A program made the translations under genes and the position numbers. 64,000 nt of DNA from Squalus acanthias (lineage: Eukaryota): contig CM059432.1 of assembly GCA_030390025.1 (NCBI GenBank), forward strand, positions 95,172,001 through 95,236,000, given 5' to 3'. This document shows positions 1 to 13,842 of this stretch, piece by piece; within the stretch, counting starts at the first letter, position 1; the number at the start of each line of letters is the position of its first letter. The notes under the pieces were generated by a model. The model was not told where the DNA came from. It was given only the letters and a program-made list of their open reading frames with translations, and searched no databases.

Positions 1-939
1 CTGGCAACAACAGATGAAATAGTAGTTTTGTGCCCTGCCTGTCCACCTTCGGAGACTGAAGACAATGGACTGGAATTCGCTGAGACGGCTATACTGGCGA
101 TGAATGCCATAATTAATACCGTTGTACACCTCCAGTGGGGAACTGACGCCAAAATTTGCTGGAGAAGTGATTAGAATATGCTGCAGCAACTATAGCAGCG
201 AATCGGAAGTAGCGCGAGTTGCGCGACCAATGACAAAAGTAAAAACCCATATGGTGCAAAAGTCTTAGGAAATTATGGAGCGGCGTAAGTAATGGCTGAA
301 GTTACTTAAGCCATAATTTTCTATTATGTGTCGTAAATCAGGTCTGGTGACGTAGCTGCGCCATACAATAACACAAATCTCCAGCAATGGCCATTTACCA
401 TTAAAAAAAATTGTATTTGATAAATATACAGGTGCTGTATGAATTAACGTGATATTGAACTTTCCAAGGCTCTTGAGATGACCATTGCATTCTCACTATT
501 TCTGAAAAACAGTAATGAAATTACACCAGGCTTCTTAGTAAGGTTCGCGATTAATTTATGACTTGGGACTTGCAATATTGTGCTTTGTTCTTATCCTTCC
601 ACAGCTTTTGTGAGGGACAGTGGCTGCAGTTTGATTTCTTTGCTGATTAATCCTATTCCAGATCCCAGAACTCGAGCACAAAACAACTACAACACAGTAA
701 TGTGTATCTCTAGATACATGTAAAAAAGAAAACTTTTTTGAATTCTTGATAGGATGTTACCAATAGATGAGAATGTTATAGCTGGGAGACTCAAAAAGGA
801 CACAATAAATGTCATTAATTATCTTAGACTATCTTGTATTGTCTCACTGAAGCGAGGGCAAAAAATGTGTTAATAATCCCAGTGCAGATGTTTGGATATT
901 TACCATTTTTTGCAATAAATATAGTAACCATTTTTGCCT

Positions 940-1060
940 ATATAACGGTTCTTACATTACAACAGTGACTACACTTCAAAAGTAATTCATTGACTATAAA
1001 GCGCTTTAGGACGTCCTGAGGTCGTGAAAGGTGCTATATAAATGTTTGTTCTTTCTTTCA
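940..1060 (+). mobile_element. 3' fragment of DeuSINE (SacSINE1-like)
   Basis: ttacaacagtgactacacttcaaaagta...aaagcgctttaggacgtcctgaggtcgtgaaaggtgctatataaatg matches the tail of the full copies at 13.8, 24.1 and 50.2 kb. Confidence 0.8.
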
Positions 1061-1143
1061 TTCTTTCTCTCTTTCTCTTTCTCTCTCTTTTTTTCTCTCT
1101 TTCTGTCTCTCTCTTTCTCTTTTTCTTTCTCTCTTTCCTTCTT
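1048..1143. repeat. CT-rich low-complexity tract extending from the SINE tail
   Basis: Imperfect (TC)n/(TTTC)n run. Confidence 0.85.
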
Positions 1144-2063
1144 CAGTATATATTTACTATATTAATTAACTGAACAATAAATGTTATAAAGATATGACAG
1201 ATATACATCATATAAAATTAAATTCAAATGTTCAAGGTTACATATTTCTAAGTTGTTATTTTGCATTGCTTCTAAACCTCTGTATATTACACTGATGGTG
1301 CTTTATTTAGTGACATTCTTATTGTTCTTACTGACTTACAAATTCAATGCTTAGTTACTTGCACTGATTTACAGATTTATAACACTCAAGATCCTGAGCA
1401 GGTCAAAATGCTAGTGATAATTTTTCTGAACTGGTAGATTGGGTGTTTGTGTGCACACAAGCTGTTCTTCCATAGAGTACAAAGATTCGCAGCTGCTGAG
1501 AAAGATAAACAAATCTATTATGGCAAGGAAAATGTCACATTGTTTTCTTACAGGGCAAACCTGTGGTACCCAAGCCAGAGAATGTATCTGTAACACTTCT
1601 AGAAAAGGTGAAGGAAATCACTGTCAGAATGGAGAACTCAACGAGATATACTTTTGAAACTAAAATAGTTCTTTCAATTCTCACAAGTCCATTTTTACTT
1701 TTTTGCAAGTTGGCCATTCATTTCTTCTCTGTCATGTTTCCCCAGAGGTCCCTGCTTTCTCCTCCTGTCTTTGGGCAGGGAGTTAAATGAGGTAGTTCTG
1801 TTACCTGCTTGCATTCTATTAATGTCCTAGTGTCTCCCTAATTGTGTCCAGGTGAATAGTTATTCCAGTTATGGTGTTGCTGATTGCCCACTTCAGGCAC
1901 AGTGCCCATTGAGGATACCTAATGTTGATTAATGAAGTCAGTACTCTCTCTCCTATGTAAACTCAGTGTTAATGAATAGAAACTCCGTAAGCTTACATTT
2001 TGTCATACTTTCAGAGCTTGGTGTGAAGCAAAAGATGTGCCTAGACAAAAAGATGACTCCTCA

Positions 2064-2237
2064 GGTGTAATTAAACCTAACCCGCTCAGCGAGAAACTGG
2101 CAGGATCGGATTGGTCGGCCATTTTACACCCTGTTCGATTTTACTTTCCATTCACTTCAATCTGGTGATGTGTAAAACGGGCAGCCAATCCGATCCTGTC
2201 AATTTCCCACTGAGCGGGTTTGATTAAAATGACCCCC
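2064..2237. mobile_element. Palindromic MITE-like element
   Basis: The arm aacccgctcagcgagaaactggcaggatcggattgg...ttttacac is an imperfect inverted repeat of gtgtaaaac...ccaatccgatcctgtcaatttcccactgagcgggtt. Confidence 0.75.
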
Positions 2238-5079
2238 TTCATGTAAAGACCTTCATGAAGAACTGCATTTTCCAGAAGAGCGTGTACCCTTAAGGTTGGA
2301 TTTTCCTGATCCTGCCCCTACAGCGTTGGGGTGGGACTTTTGCCTGCTGCCCTGACCCCACCATGACCCCAGCCCAACATCCTGATTTGGGGGTCATTAG
2401 ACATTTATGGCAGCCCCCTGGCAGAATCCCCACCAACAAGTGGCAACTTGCCTGCGGCTGACAGGAATACCTGGCCGGTGCTGCTGTGGGACTGCCACTG
2501 CAGCAGCAGAAGAGGTGGGATCCAAATTAAAGGTATAGAAGACGCCTGAAGACCTCAATACATCTCCCACCGTAGGCCTTATCTCTGGGCCTCATTGGAA
2601 GGAGGGGAGGCTTCTACCAAACCCTCCATTTGCCACATGTAGGATCATTCCCACCACTACCCCATGCAAACTTCCAGGCTTTACCTGGTGGTCCCGAGGA
2701 GTAGCAGAAACAGGGGCAGATAGAAGGGCAATAGGCTGCGAACCCAGGCACTGCCTCCATTGTTATTTGCATGTAGGGGTGCTAAAAGGGATGCCAGCGG
2801 TGGTCCTGGTATGGGTGGTGGGAGGGAAATTGGCGTCAGGGTAGTGAGGCGGTGACAGATCTTGTCACGCAACTTTGCTCACTTTTTTATTGGGCAGGAT
2901 AGCTGCACTACGTTGAAATTTATTAGCTCTATAAATTAGTTGCTTATTTACTCCAAGCTTAACTCATTTTTTGTTTCATAATGGCTGCCAACTTACTGTG
3001 GTTACAAACCATTCATCCTTCTCAACCAGTTGTTAAGCTTTGGATTATTTACATTGTATCAGACATATATAACATGGGATGAATCTATAACTGTAATCAA
3101 TTATTGATGAAAAATTCTAACTCCTGTGATTTATAACATCAACGGTAAATATGGTTAATGCCATTTGTAGATCTTGAAAATGCATTAAAATGAAAATTTT
3201 CAATTCTATCCTATGTAAGCCTTGTAAAAAGATCCCTAACTATGACACTTTGTTTAGGTTGGAAACTTTAAATGAAGAACTGATTTAATGACTTGACTGT
3301 GGTCTGTTCACAGAGAGATGAAAACCCAAAGTAGGCACCAGGCCAATGAGGAGGCGTTCACATGATCTGTTAAAGATTATCCAGTATTTAATACTGCCGC
3401 CCACATTCTCCTAAATCCTGGCAGCCAGACTGTAATGACTAATTCAATTCAAGCTAACCAAACCTCAGTAGAACCTTACAGATTCCACATGACTGTCCCT
3501 CATACCAGCATCTTAGCAACAAAGGAATGAATCAAAAACAGAAGTGAGCTGTGCACTTTAACATCAGAGCCCACTTTGAAATACTTCAATTAACACATCT
3601 ATGTCTGCGTAGCACTCCATATTAGAAATTAATCATACCTTTAAAATGTAACATTCCACCTCCACCGCCCCCCCACCACCACCCCTGTGTTATTCCGGTT
3701 CATCCTTCACATGCTTTTTCTTCAGCTGAACAGACCACAGACTTCTCCATGGCCTATAACACCAATAATTTTGTGCAGTTAGTGTATGGGGTGAAGGAAG
3801 GTAACTCTGAAATATGCACTGCTTTAGCGTAAAATGCCTCAAGGCCCCTTAAGCGACTCAACCCTCATCAGAATATAACTTTATATGAAACATTCTTCAA
3901 TCAATCCTGATCCTATTTTTTAACAATCCGTCACTGATAAGGTTTTGCATCCAATTCTCCATGTCCTTTATAGTATTTATGTATTTTAATATTATGTTTA
4001 ATACTAGTAAGATGTATTTTATTTCAGCTTATAAGCTTGAAATGCTCAGAAGCTAGTGACGAAGCTGGTGCCAGAACTTACTGTCTCGCCACATATTTTG
4101 TGACAAGGAAAAGGAGAGTTTTCAATCATTTAGAAGAATTCAACACAACCAAAACTTAATATGGGTGAAAGTTAACTTAGTTTAAAGTTTCTCACATCTA
4201 TAATGCATCACATGAGGAGAAAGCTGCATCCCCCATTGAAAACTCTAATTTCTCCCACTTTTTAATTTGCCAAACAGTGCCTTGCTGCATTCTGGAAGAT
4301 TTTTGAAAAGCTTAAGCCTTGCATAAAATTTAGGCAGCCATTCCTTTTTTATCCTATTCTTTTTCAGGAAATCGTATCAGTGAATGGGGGGAGGGGTAGT
4401 GAGATACATCCCATGTACTGACTCAGAAAACTTAGAAGCAGACTTTATTTGGTAGCTCAGCTGTTTGCTTAAAAACTTGACAATGAAATCGAGATTGTCA
4501 GCATTTCTCCATCCCACCCAGTATCTGAGCTGAGACTCAGCATAAATAACACTGATGAACATAAGTGTCAGCCTCATTAGAAACTGGAACCTTCAAGCAC
4601 TGCAAAAATGAACTGCACAGGAAAACGCTTGAGGCCTCCTGCGACCAGTGGGCACCGCAGGGAACAGAGTGTCTGATAGACACACACAATAACATTATTT
4701 GGCTTCCTTTAAATTAGACTTTATGATGAAATTATTTTATTAGCTGTGCCTTTTAAAACAAAGGGACACATGCAAATTTGTTTCTCTGTGTCATCTTTAT
4801 GGATCAATTGAAAAAGGCATACCTTTGCAAAAGAGCTGGGCCTTAACAATAAGGTTTTCATAAGTGGTCCATGAAAAATTTACTTTTGCTAACCTTTGAT
4901 ATTTGCATTGAGAGAAAGTTGCAGCAAATGAAATGGCAAGCAAACCTGCTGTAACCTGAAAATACAAGAATTGCCAAGGCAGGAAAATCAATGTGAAAAT
5001 AAGGTTATGATGGGATAATTTTTGTGCTAGTAAGCTGTGAAGTTTTAGTTCATCAAATACCATCAGTGCCATTGTACAT

Positions 5080-6570
5080 ATTTGGGGATCCCCAAGCCTT
5101 GGCTCTTGTCAATAGCTATGGTGGAGTCATAGCTCTTATCACCAATTCACACCTTGGCCTCTCCCCCGCCCCCCCCCGCCCCCACTTCTCTGGTATCACC
5201 TCTTCCTTTAAGCAGCTCAGTCTGTTCCATCTCTTCTGCCTCTCATTTAAATCCTTGTCATGTCCTACCCTCCCAAGCCGAATGCCAACTTCCTCATCGA
5301 GATGTTTTCCCTCTCTTTTCCCTTAGCTAATGCTCTGTGTCTCCTTATCCTTGGTGACTTCAATCTACACCTAAAGACCCTTATTTATCTCTTTTACAAC
5401 TTCGGTGCCCTCCTATTCTCACTCAATGCCATCCTTCTCATAAACTTGCCCACACATACCTATGGTCACTCTCTCGACCTCACCATCTTTCATGGACTCT
5501 CTGGCCCTAAGGTCTCAATAACTGGCAAGGTTTTCTCAAACACTTCTTTGTTTCCTTCACCATCCATATTGGCTTACCTCTCCCACTTCTATCACCTTCA
5601 CGATCTGCATTTTGAAAACAATATCCTCCATTTCTGTCACTAATTCAATCTCAAGCTCCCAACTCCCTCTTCTATGGTTCTTCCTCCACCAGAATATCTC
5701 TGCTGCTATGGACCTGCTTAAACTGTTAGCTTGTCTGTCTGACATCAACTTGCGAATGAGCCACAACTTCCTCCAACTGAACATTGGGAAGACCGGATCC
5801 ATCATTTTCGGCCCCATTCCCTCGCCATTGATTCCATTCCCTTTCCCAGCCATTTGCTGAGGCTGCACCAGAACAGGCAAAACTTTGGCATCCTATTTGG
5901 CCCTGACCTGAGCATCAAACCCCACATCCTATCCATCATCCAAGACAAACTATTTCCACCTTTGCAATATTGCACAACTCTGCCCTATCTCTGTCACTGG
6001 AACTCTTATTCATGCTTTTTGATCAATTTAATGCCTCCTTTCTGCCTTACCATCATCCACCCTCTGTAAGCTTATCCAAAATGCAGCCTGAGTATCCTGT
6101 CCTGAACTGCGTCCTATTCACCCAACATCTCAAACCATGCACCTAACTCCTTGTCCCCTAACATATTACATTTAATCTCCTTGTCCTCATCTTCAAATCC
6201 CTCCATGGCACTGATCCACTCTATCTCTGCAACTTCTGCTAACTTTATGTTCTATTCCTCGGCACCCTTAGGTCCTCTGACTCTTTTTTGCGGCCCCACT
6301 CCCTTTGCTGCACCATTGGTGACAGGAGCTTTCAGCTGTTTTGTCCCCACTCTCTTGAACTCCTTCCCTAAAGTCCATTGCCTCTCCACCTCTCTCTCTT
6401 CTTGAAAGCTTTCTCAAAGCCTTTCTTTTTGACCAGGATTTCAGTCACCCCCACTTCCACCCTCTAATCTTTCCCTCCATGGCTCGCCATCTGTTTCCCA
6501 ATCTATTTCTATTTGTCAAGTGCAGTGAAAGGTTTGTAGGTTAAAGGCACTATCTAAATGCAAGTAGTAG
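5080..6570 (+). mobile_element. Degenerate L2-clade LINE with internal deletions
   Basis: Endonuclease remnant LILGDFNLH...PTHTYGHSLDL, RT C-terminal remnant CLSDINLRMSHNFLQLNIGKT, L2-type tail aaaggcactatctaaatgcaagtag. Confidence 0.8.
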
Positions 6571-6999
6571 CAGTAGTAGTACCTAAGCTCTCTGAACTTG
6601 TGCTCATGAGGAGAGGATGTGCACTCTATGTTGGGCAGAAATAAACTTTACCTGTGTAGACTTCACAGAGCCCAGTTTAGAGACTGTTACATATGGTGAT
6701 GGGTCTCTGCACATCAGACACCCTTACTGACTGATAAGTATTCAGAAACTGCAGAGTGGCTAACATGAACCCAATAATGTCATGAATTGCTTTCATGACG
6801 CTTTTAGCAAACCATTCTTTCAAATGCACATTGGTTCCTGGGAACCTATATCAACAGCAAATGAATGTCTTGCTATTGAGCTTTCTCCAGATCTCACTGG
6901 GTCAGTAGCACAATTACTGAAACCCAGAAACTCACCTTACTTTTATTTGTTATATGTTTATGTCACACATTGCTTTTGCTTTTGATCCAGTCCATAGGT

Positions 7000-7868
7000 T
7001 ATAGACAGGCTAGGTGAGTGGGCAAACATTTGGCAGATGGAGTATAATGTGGGAAAGTGCGAGGTTATCCACTTTGGCAGGAAAAATAAAAAAGCAAACT
7101 ATTATTTAAATGGAGAGAGATTACAAAATGCTACAGTTCAGAGGGACCTGGGGGTCCTTGTGCATGAAACACAAAAAGTTAGCATGCAGGTGCAGCAAGT
7201 AATCAAAAAGGCAAATGGAATGTTGGCTTTTATTGCAAGGGGGTTGGAGTATAAAAGCAGGGAAGTCCTGCTACAACTGTACAAGGTATTGGTGAGACCA
7301 CACCTTGAGTACTGCGTACAGTTTTGGTCTCCTTATTTAAGGAAGGATATACTTGCATTGGAGACAGTTCAGAGACGATTTACTAGGTTAATTCCAGAGA
7401 TGCGGGGTTTGACTTATGAGGAAAGGTTGAGCAGGTTGGGCCTATACTCATTGGAATTTAGAAGAATGAGAGGTGATCTTATCGAAACATATAAGATACT
7501 GAGGGGGCTCGACAGGGTAGATGCAGAGAGGATGTTTCCCCTCATGGAGAAATCTAGAACTCGGGGGCATAGTCTCAGAATAAAGGGTCGCCCTTTTAGA
7601 ACTGAGATGAGGAGAAACTTCTTCTCTCAGAGGGTCATAAATTTGTGGAATTCTCTGCCCCAGAGAGCTGTGGAGGCTGGGTCATTAAATATATTTAAAA
7701 TGGAGATAGACAAATTTTTGCAAGATAAGGGAGTGAAGGGTTATGGGGAGCGGGCTGGGAAGTGGCTTTGAGCCCTAGATCAGCCATAATCTTATTGAAT
7801 GGTGGAGCAGGCTCGAGGGGCCAAGTGGCCTATTCCTGCTCCTATTTCTTATGTTCTTATGTTCTTAT
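7000..7868 (+). mobile_element. CR1 LINE 3' end (5'-truncated)
   Basis: ORF 7037-7771 with LYKVLVRPHLEYCVQFWSP, RRMRGDLIETYKI and FFSQRVINLWNSLP; 3' UTR ending in (ttcttatg)n. Confidence 0.95.
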
Positions 7869-8289
7869 GAGGATGCTACTGTTTAAAATTTCTGCAACTG
7901 ATTTTTTCCAAAGCACTAAGCTATAATAAAAGCATTATAGTTTTGAGTAATCTGACAGCTATTTGCACAGAAGGATTGTTTTAGAAAAGGCAGTTTCTTC
8001 CTAAAGTGTACATTCTTATCTCCTACTTATTCCACAGGTGGAGTTTGTCATTAACTACTTTTATCCGCATTCATCAAAATGCAGTAGTTAAAGTGCAATT
8101 TATTAAGAAGGGCTACTCACCACTCCCTTGATGCTTGTGTAGCTTTGAACTCACCCCTCCAATGGTTGACCCTGCCTACAGCTTTGGATACTGCTCCTGC
8201 AACCTTGCAAGCTTGAGCACAGAGTTTGGAGACAGAGCTGGATAAATCGAAATCGGAGTGGATCGCAAGCAGGGTGGAAGAATCTGGCG

Positions 8290-10135
8290 ATAATAGGAAT
8301 TGGTGGAGAGGAGGAAGGCAGTTTCTCATGTCCAACTCAAAAGGAGGACTCTAAGTTAAGTATCTAGATATAGTTTCTTTGTGTTTAGTATCTCTGTGGT
8401 TCTTGTTAAACTTGAGTAATATTTTGTCTATTTTCTCTCTAAGTTAGGGCAGTGGGTTAAACTAAAGTTTAGCTAGTAGTCTATTAAATAGAGGCATGGC
8501 AGGGCACCTCAGTTCCATTGAATGCACATCCTGTGCCATGTGGGAAGTCCAGGATACTTCTTGTGTCCTGGACAACCACATGTGCAGGAAGTGTCATCAG
8601 CTGGAGGAGCTCGAGCTCCAGATTTCGGAGCTTGAGCAGCGGCTGGCGTCACTGCAGTGCAACCGCGAGACTGAGAGCTTCGTGGATAGCACATTTCAGG
8701 AGGTGGTCACCCCGCAGCTTAAGAGTTTGCAGGCAGAGAGGGCATGGGTGACTGCCAGACAGTCAAGGAGCACCAGGCAGGTAGTGCAGGAGTCCCCTTA
8801 GTGCATCTCGCTCTCCAACCGGTATTCTGTTCTGAATACTGGTGAGGGCGATTGTTCCTCTGGAGAGTACAGCCAGAGCCAAGTCCACAGCACCATGAGT
8901 GGCTCAGCTGTACGGGGGGGGAGGAGGAAGGTCAGAAATGCAATAGTGATAGGGGATTCAATAGTTAGGGGAACAGACAGGTGTTTTTGCGGCTGCAGAC
9001 GTGACTCCAGGATGGTATGTTGCCTACCTGGTGCCGGGGTCAAGGATGTCACTGAGCGGCTGCAGGACATTCTGAGGGGGGAGGGTGAACAGCATGAGGT
9101 CGTGGTCCATATCAGTACCAATGACATAGGTAGAAAGAGGGATGAGGTCCTGCAGGCAGATTTTAGGGAGCGAGGAAAGAGATTAATAAGCAGGACCTCA
9201 AAGGCAGTAATCTCCGGATTACTCCTGGTGCCAAGCACTAGTGAGTACAGAAATAGGAGGATAGAGCAGATGACTACGTGGCTGGAGAGATGGTGCAGCA
9301 GGGAGGGCTTTAGATTCCTGAGGCATTGGGACCGGTTCTGGGGGAGGCGGGACCTGTACAAGCCGGACGGGTTGTACCTCAACAGGGCCAGGACCAATAT
9401 CCTCACGGGGAGGTTTGCTAGTGCTGTTGGGGAGGGTTTAAACTGGCTTGGCAGGGGGATAGGAAACTGAGCGTAGATTCAGGAGGGAGAGAAGCAAAGC
9501 TGGAGATGGAAGGCAGTAAATTAGTAAGTGAGTTTGGGAGGCAGAGGAAACAAAGGCTAGAAAATAGACAACAAATGGGATTGGCCATGCTTAATGGTAT
9601 ATACTTCATTGCAAGGAGTCCAGTGAATAAGGCAGATGAGCTGAGGGCACAGGTAGACATGTGGAAGTATGATGTCATAGCTATTACTGAAACATGGCTG
9701 AAAGAAGGGCAGGAATAGCAGCTCAACATTCCTGGTTACAGGGTTTTCAGACAAGATAGAGAGGGCGATAAAAAGGAGGGATGGGGTCGCAATATTGGTT
9801 AAAGAAACAATTACAGCTGTAAGGAGTGATGATATGTTAGAAGAATCATCAAATGGGTTGAACTGGAGAACAGTAAAGGGGCAATTACACTGCTGGGCAT
9901 GTACTATAGATCCCCAAATAGTCAGAGGGAGATAGTAGAGCAAATATGTAAGCAAATTTCTGAGAAGTGCAAGAACATTAGGGCAGTAATAGTAGAGGAT
10001 TTCAACCACCCAAACATTAACTGGGATAGAATCAGTGTAAAAGGTATAGAGGGCGCAGAATTCTAAAAATGCATTCAGGAGAACTTTTTAAAACAGTACA
10101 TAGTAAGCCCAAAAAGGGAGGGGGTAGTTCTGGAG
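8290..10135 (+). mobile_element. CR1 LINE 5' part: ORF1 (CxxC..CxxC zinc finger, leucine zipper, SGNH esterase) and ORF2 APE endonuclease start; 3'-truncated
   Basis: CTSC...CRKC followed by a heptad Leu run (8496-8801); IVIGDSIVR and CLPGAGV esterase motifs (8895-9470); YDVIAITETWL endonuclease motif (~9670); internal stop codons. Confidence 0.9.
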
Positions 10136-10955
10136 GTCATGCAGGTGAGCCTGTCCCCCGCTGGTTAAGTTGCTGGCGCCGGTTACGCACCACCTTTTCC
10201 TGCAAGAGAAAGGAAATTGTGTCGGTGAATGTGGTGCAATGTGTTTAGGTGATGTGCCTGTCATGGTTGAATAGCTGACAGTGTGCTCATGCTGTGAGAT
10301 ATGGGTGTAAGGCTTGCAGCAGTGGTAAGTGTATGCGGGTGAGGTGAAGCTATGAATGTGAGGTGTGAGTTGTGTTTGGTAGAGATTGTTGATAGGTGAA
10401 TGATCGGGGTGTGGTGCATTGAGCTGTGTGCGAGGCTAATGGTGCAGATGGTGGGATATTGCATTTGAAGATGAATTCACTGACCTTGACCACTCGTGTG
10501 AGGTCATTGAACTTCTTCCTGCACTGGGTCCAGGTTCTCGGGGCTACACAACTGGCATTTACCACAGTAAATAGTCCGTTGCCTGGAGGGCTTCCTAGAC
10601 CCCTGTGGAAAGAAGACCTCTCTTCTGCAGTTAACCTCCTGGACCAAGGCCTCCAGTGCTGCATCGGACAACCTAGGTGCACGCTCCCTCCCCTGTTGTG
10701 CCACCAATGTTCTCCCAGCCACTTCAATCACCTGTTGCAGGCAGAAGCCTTTAAGTAGTGCAGACTAGCTTTAATTGGAGCTAGTCTTGCACGAACTTGG
10801 GCCTCCTGCTGAGCGTTCAGCCACTCAGCAGCATGTTCAGTGCTGGGCTGAACGCTACAATCATGCTAATCAGCAGGCAGTGCTCCTAACGGGTGCGGTT
10901 AATCGCTCATCGCGTTCCCCGCATCCGTTTACAGGCCTCATCCAATTTCATGGCC
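10136..10955 (-). mobile_element. Harbinger fragment: TIR plus Myb/SANT gene exon 1, intron and start of exon 2
   Basis: RERAPRLSDAALEALVQEV...RTWTQCRKKFNDLTRVVK followed by a gtcagt donor; terminus ccaatttcatggcc at 10955 resembles the other Harbinger TIRs. Confidence 0.85.
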
Positions 10956-11109
10956 ATAGTATTTGAAGTATTTTTGTTTAGTAAAGTTGAGTAAAGAAGG
11001 GTAGAAAAATCACAACTGAGAAAGTAAAAAAAGTCCTAAATTGTGGTCAAATGCTTGACTCCATATCGAGTTACATTTGTTAATTTATACTCATTTTGCA
11101 ATAACAAAG

Positions 11110-13452
11110 CAAGGCCAGGGGGAAAGGGTAGCTCGGGGACCAGCTCCCTGGAGGGTGAGTTCTGCTGCACCCAACGTCTGAGTGCTGCATCGGAAGTTCA
11201 GACCGCTCTCATGCAGTCTCAGCTTGAAACCCCCCAAGCTCTGATTGCTGCCATTGTGGCTGGGTTTACGAGTGTCGACCGGGACTTGCAGGGTGTCGCA
11301 GCATCCCAGCAATCTGCCCTCCATCAGATTGCTAGGAATGCGGAGGTTCTGTCCCGGGGGAGTGGCAGTGGATCAGTGGAGCAGAATCCTGCTGTCCTCA
11401 CTCAGGATGACGGCATTCCTACTCCCACCTCTGCCACTCCGCCATTGCCCTCGCCGCTGTCTGTCATCCAGCCAGCCCAGACTGCTGCCGCCCATGCCGA
11501 GGTGTTACAGTCTACAGCCGGGCCTTCTAGGTTCACAGCTACTCGAGGTCGTCCTGTAAGGCCATCTGAAGTCTCCCCCATGGAAACTCAGCAGCCTTCC
11601 ACCAGCCATGCTGCAGCCACAGGAGGAGCACTTCGTAGGAGCATGAGAGTAGGAAAAGGCACATGAACAACAGGCACTAAGGGATCGCACAAGGGAGATT
11701 AGTTAATATTTTTGCTGTAAATATGTGTTCAGTGATTTTCGATAAATTTATAAATTTTGTTTGGAATGTTTGTTTTGTGGTGTCTCTCCTTTCAGCTTTG
11801 TGCCCAGGAGGATGCTGTCATATTCCGTGACAGAGGGATGGTATGATGGGGATGTGGTGAGCAATGGGGATCTGGGGTTTCATTCATTGGAATCGGAGAC
11901 TGATGAGGCGTTCACAGACAGCCCGTCTCCCTCGTCCTCCTCCTGAGGTGGTGCCACAATCTCTGGTGGCAAGGGCTGCGCCCTCATGATGGCCAAGGTG
12001 TGAAGCATGCAGCAGACCACCACGAAATGGGACACCCGCTCCAGCAAGTACTGGAGGGCTCCCCCCGAGCAGTCAAGGCAACGGAACCGTTGCTTCAGTA
12101 GCCCGATGGTCTGCTCGATGATGTTCCTGGTGGAAACATGGCTCTCATTATATGAGTGCTGGGCACGAGTGTTGGGGTTGCGGAGAGGAATCATGAGCCA
12201 AGTGCAGAGCGGATAGAACCTTGTCTCCGAGCAGCCACCCTCAAGTTTGTTGTGGTGGCTGGAAAATTGCTGGCACACCGGACTAACACAGGATGAAGGT
12301 ATCATGGCTGCTGCCAGGATAGCGGGCATTGACATTGAGGAATTGCTGGGCATGTTTGCACACCACCTGCACATTAAATGAGTGGTAGCCTTTGGGGTTA
12401 TGGAAGAGCTCAGGATTGTTATACGGCACTTGCAAAGTCACGTGTGTGCAGTCGATGGCGCCCTTCACCATGGGGAATCCCGCTATCTTGGCAAAGCCAC
12501 ATGCGCGCTCAGCCTGCTTCTCGCTGCTCAGAGAGAAGACAACGTAGTCCCTTCTCCTGGTGTAGAGAGCCTCAGTGACCTCCTGGATGCAGTGATGGAC
12601 GGCGAACTGGGAGATGTTAGCTATGTCTCCTGCTGCAGACTGGAAGGATCCACTGGCAAAGAAATTGAGGTGACCTTGACTGCCACTGGGAGAGCCGTGT
12701 TTGCCCTGCTCTCAGGCCACAGGTCTGGTTGCAGGAGGAGGCAGAGTTCTGTGACCACCTCCTTGGTGAAGCGTAGCCTCCTAATATACTGCTCCTCGCT
12801 TAAGTGGATATAAGAGAAGTGCTGTCAGAAGACCCTAGGTGGGTAAGGCCTCCTGTTGAGAGCACTCCTGGCACTCCTCCTCCTCCCTCTGCACGCATCT
12901 TCTCCCCTTCTTCGCTGCCTACGCTCCCTCTGCCGAAGATCCTGGAGCGCGAGGTCGACTCCCAGTACAGCCCCCATGACTGTGAGCAAAATAATGAAGG
13001 CGTTCTCCACTTGCCCCAACACTCCCTGTTACCTTAGAAGCTTGAAAGAAGTTAATAAAGCTGCTGGAGTTGCAGAAAGTTTTTACAGAGCCAGTCAAAC
13101 TGAACAAACATGTCAACTGCAAGTGATTGCTGATGATCCCTTTAAATATCACTGCTGGAGCCTCCTTCCTGCTTGTCAACGCTTGCTCAGCTCGTCATAG
13201 TTAAGGCATCAGTAGAGCAGCGAAATCCAATGTAGTAGATCGGGCGCCAAGTGAGCGTTGCACACTCACTGACATGACGATCTGCTTAATTTCAATCATT
13301 TCAGCGATCACTTCTATCGGCAACGCTGCCGGCCACCCCAAAATGGCGGCCATCGCGGGACCCACTGCCAGCTGGCGTAAGAGTGGCGGCTGCCATTATT
13401 TCGCCCGATTGTGGCATTAACAGGTGCCGCTAAACCCCCTAATTTCTAGGCC
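11110..13452 (-). mobile_element. Harbinger transposon: Myb-gene 3' part (+) convergent with a frameshifted transposase (-), TIR at 13452
   Basis: Terminus ctaatttctaggcc; transposase motifs listed in the next feature; + strand ORF 11043-11666 ends in ALRRSMRVGKGT, like other copies. Confidence 0.9.
11880..12977 (-). pseudogene. HARBI1-type DDE transposase, frameshifted
   Basis: RRPYPPRVF, GAIDCTHV, KGYHSFNVQVVC, ARYPGSSHD, NIIEQTIGLLKQRFRCLD and VVCCMLHTLAI spread across several frames. Confidence 0.93.
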
Positions 13453-13842
13453 AAAGTTTTTATATACCAGGTATACTGATAGAAACCATTGAATAGTTTT
13501 GTTTCTCCATTGCAGTTAAGACCTGTTAAGTAAAACTTTTTATGATGTTATAAAGGCATCTCTAATGTTCTGAATTTCCTCGTAAAATTATAAAGAAGCT
13601 TATTGCCTTCTGCATGTTTTCTAGGGAACTAAAGATAAGTTTTAAATAAATCTAATACTGATAGGTGGGGCACTGGATGGTGCAATTCCTTGTAACTCCA
13701 GCACCTGGGTTTGAATAAGCTTGAAACTGTGGGCGAAAGTTCTTTCTTGTCAGCTGGGAGAATCCACACAAAATGAGTTTGACAAGCTCCACCCAATTTG
13801 ATACCAAATTGACATTCTGACTCAGAGGCACCATAATAAAGA

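Noticed and set aside
67..386. CpG-rich segment with TIR-like ends (possible MITE); similar segments at ~2293-2925, ~25560-25900 and ~30553-30825
   Set aside because: Probably old Harbinger-type MITEs, but the TIRs and TSDs are too degenerate to define
1375..1790. Possible small host exons (tttacag|ATTTATAAC..., cttacag|GGCAAACCTGTGG...) and short ORFs
   Set aside because: Acceptor-like sites are present, but the donors are weak and I recognise no protein similarity; cannot be supported without RNA or homology data
8798..10009. Long minus-strand ORFs (8798-9406, 9557-10009) and other antisense ORFs over LINEs and Penelope
   Set aside because: Antisense shadows of TE coding sequence with no independent motifs
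11880..12977. Domesticated HARBI1 gene
   Set aside because: Multiple frameshifts, a TIR and a linked Myb gene, plus several similar decayed copies, indicate transposon relics
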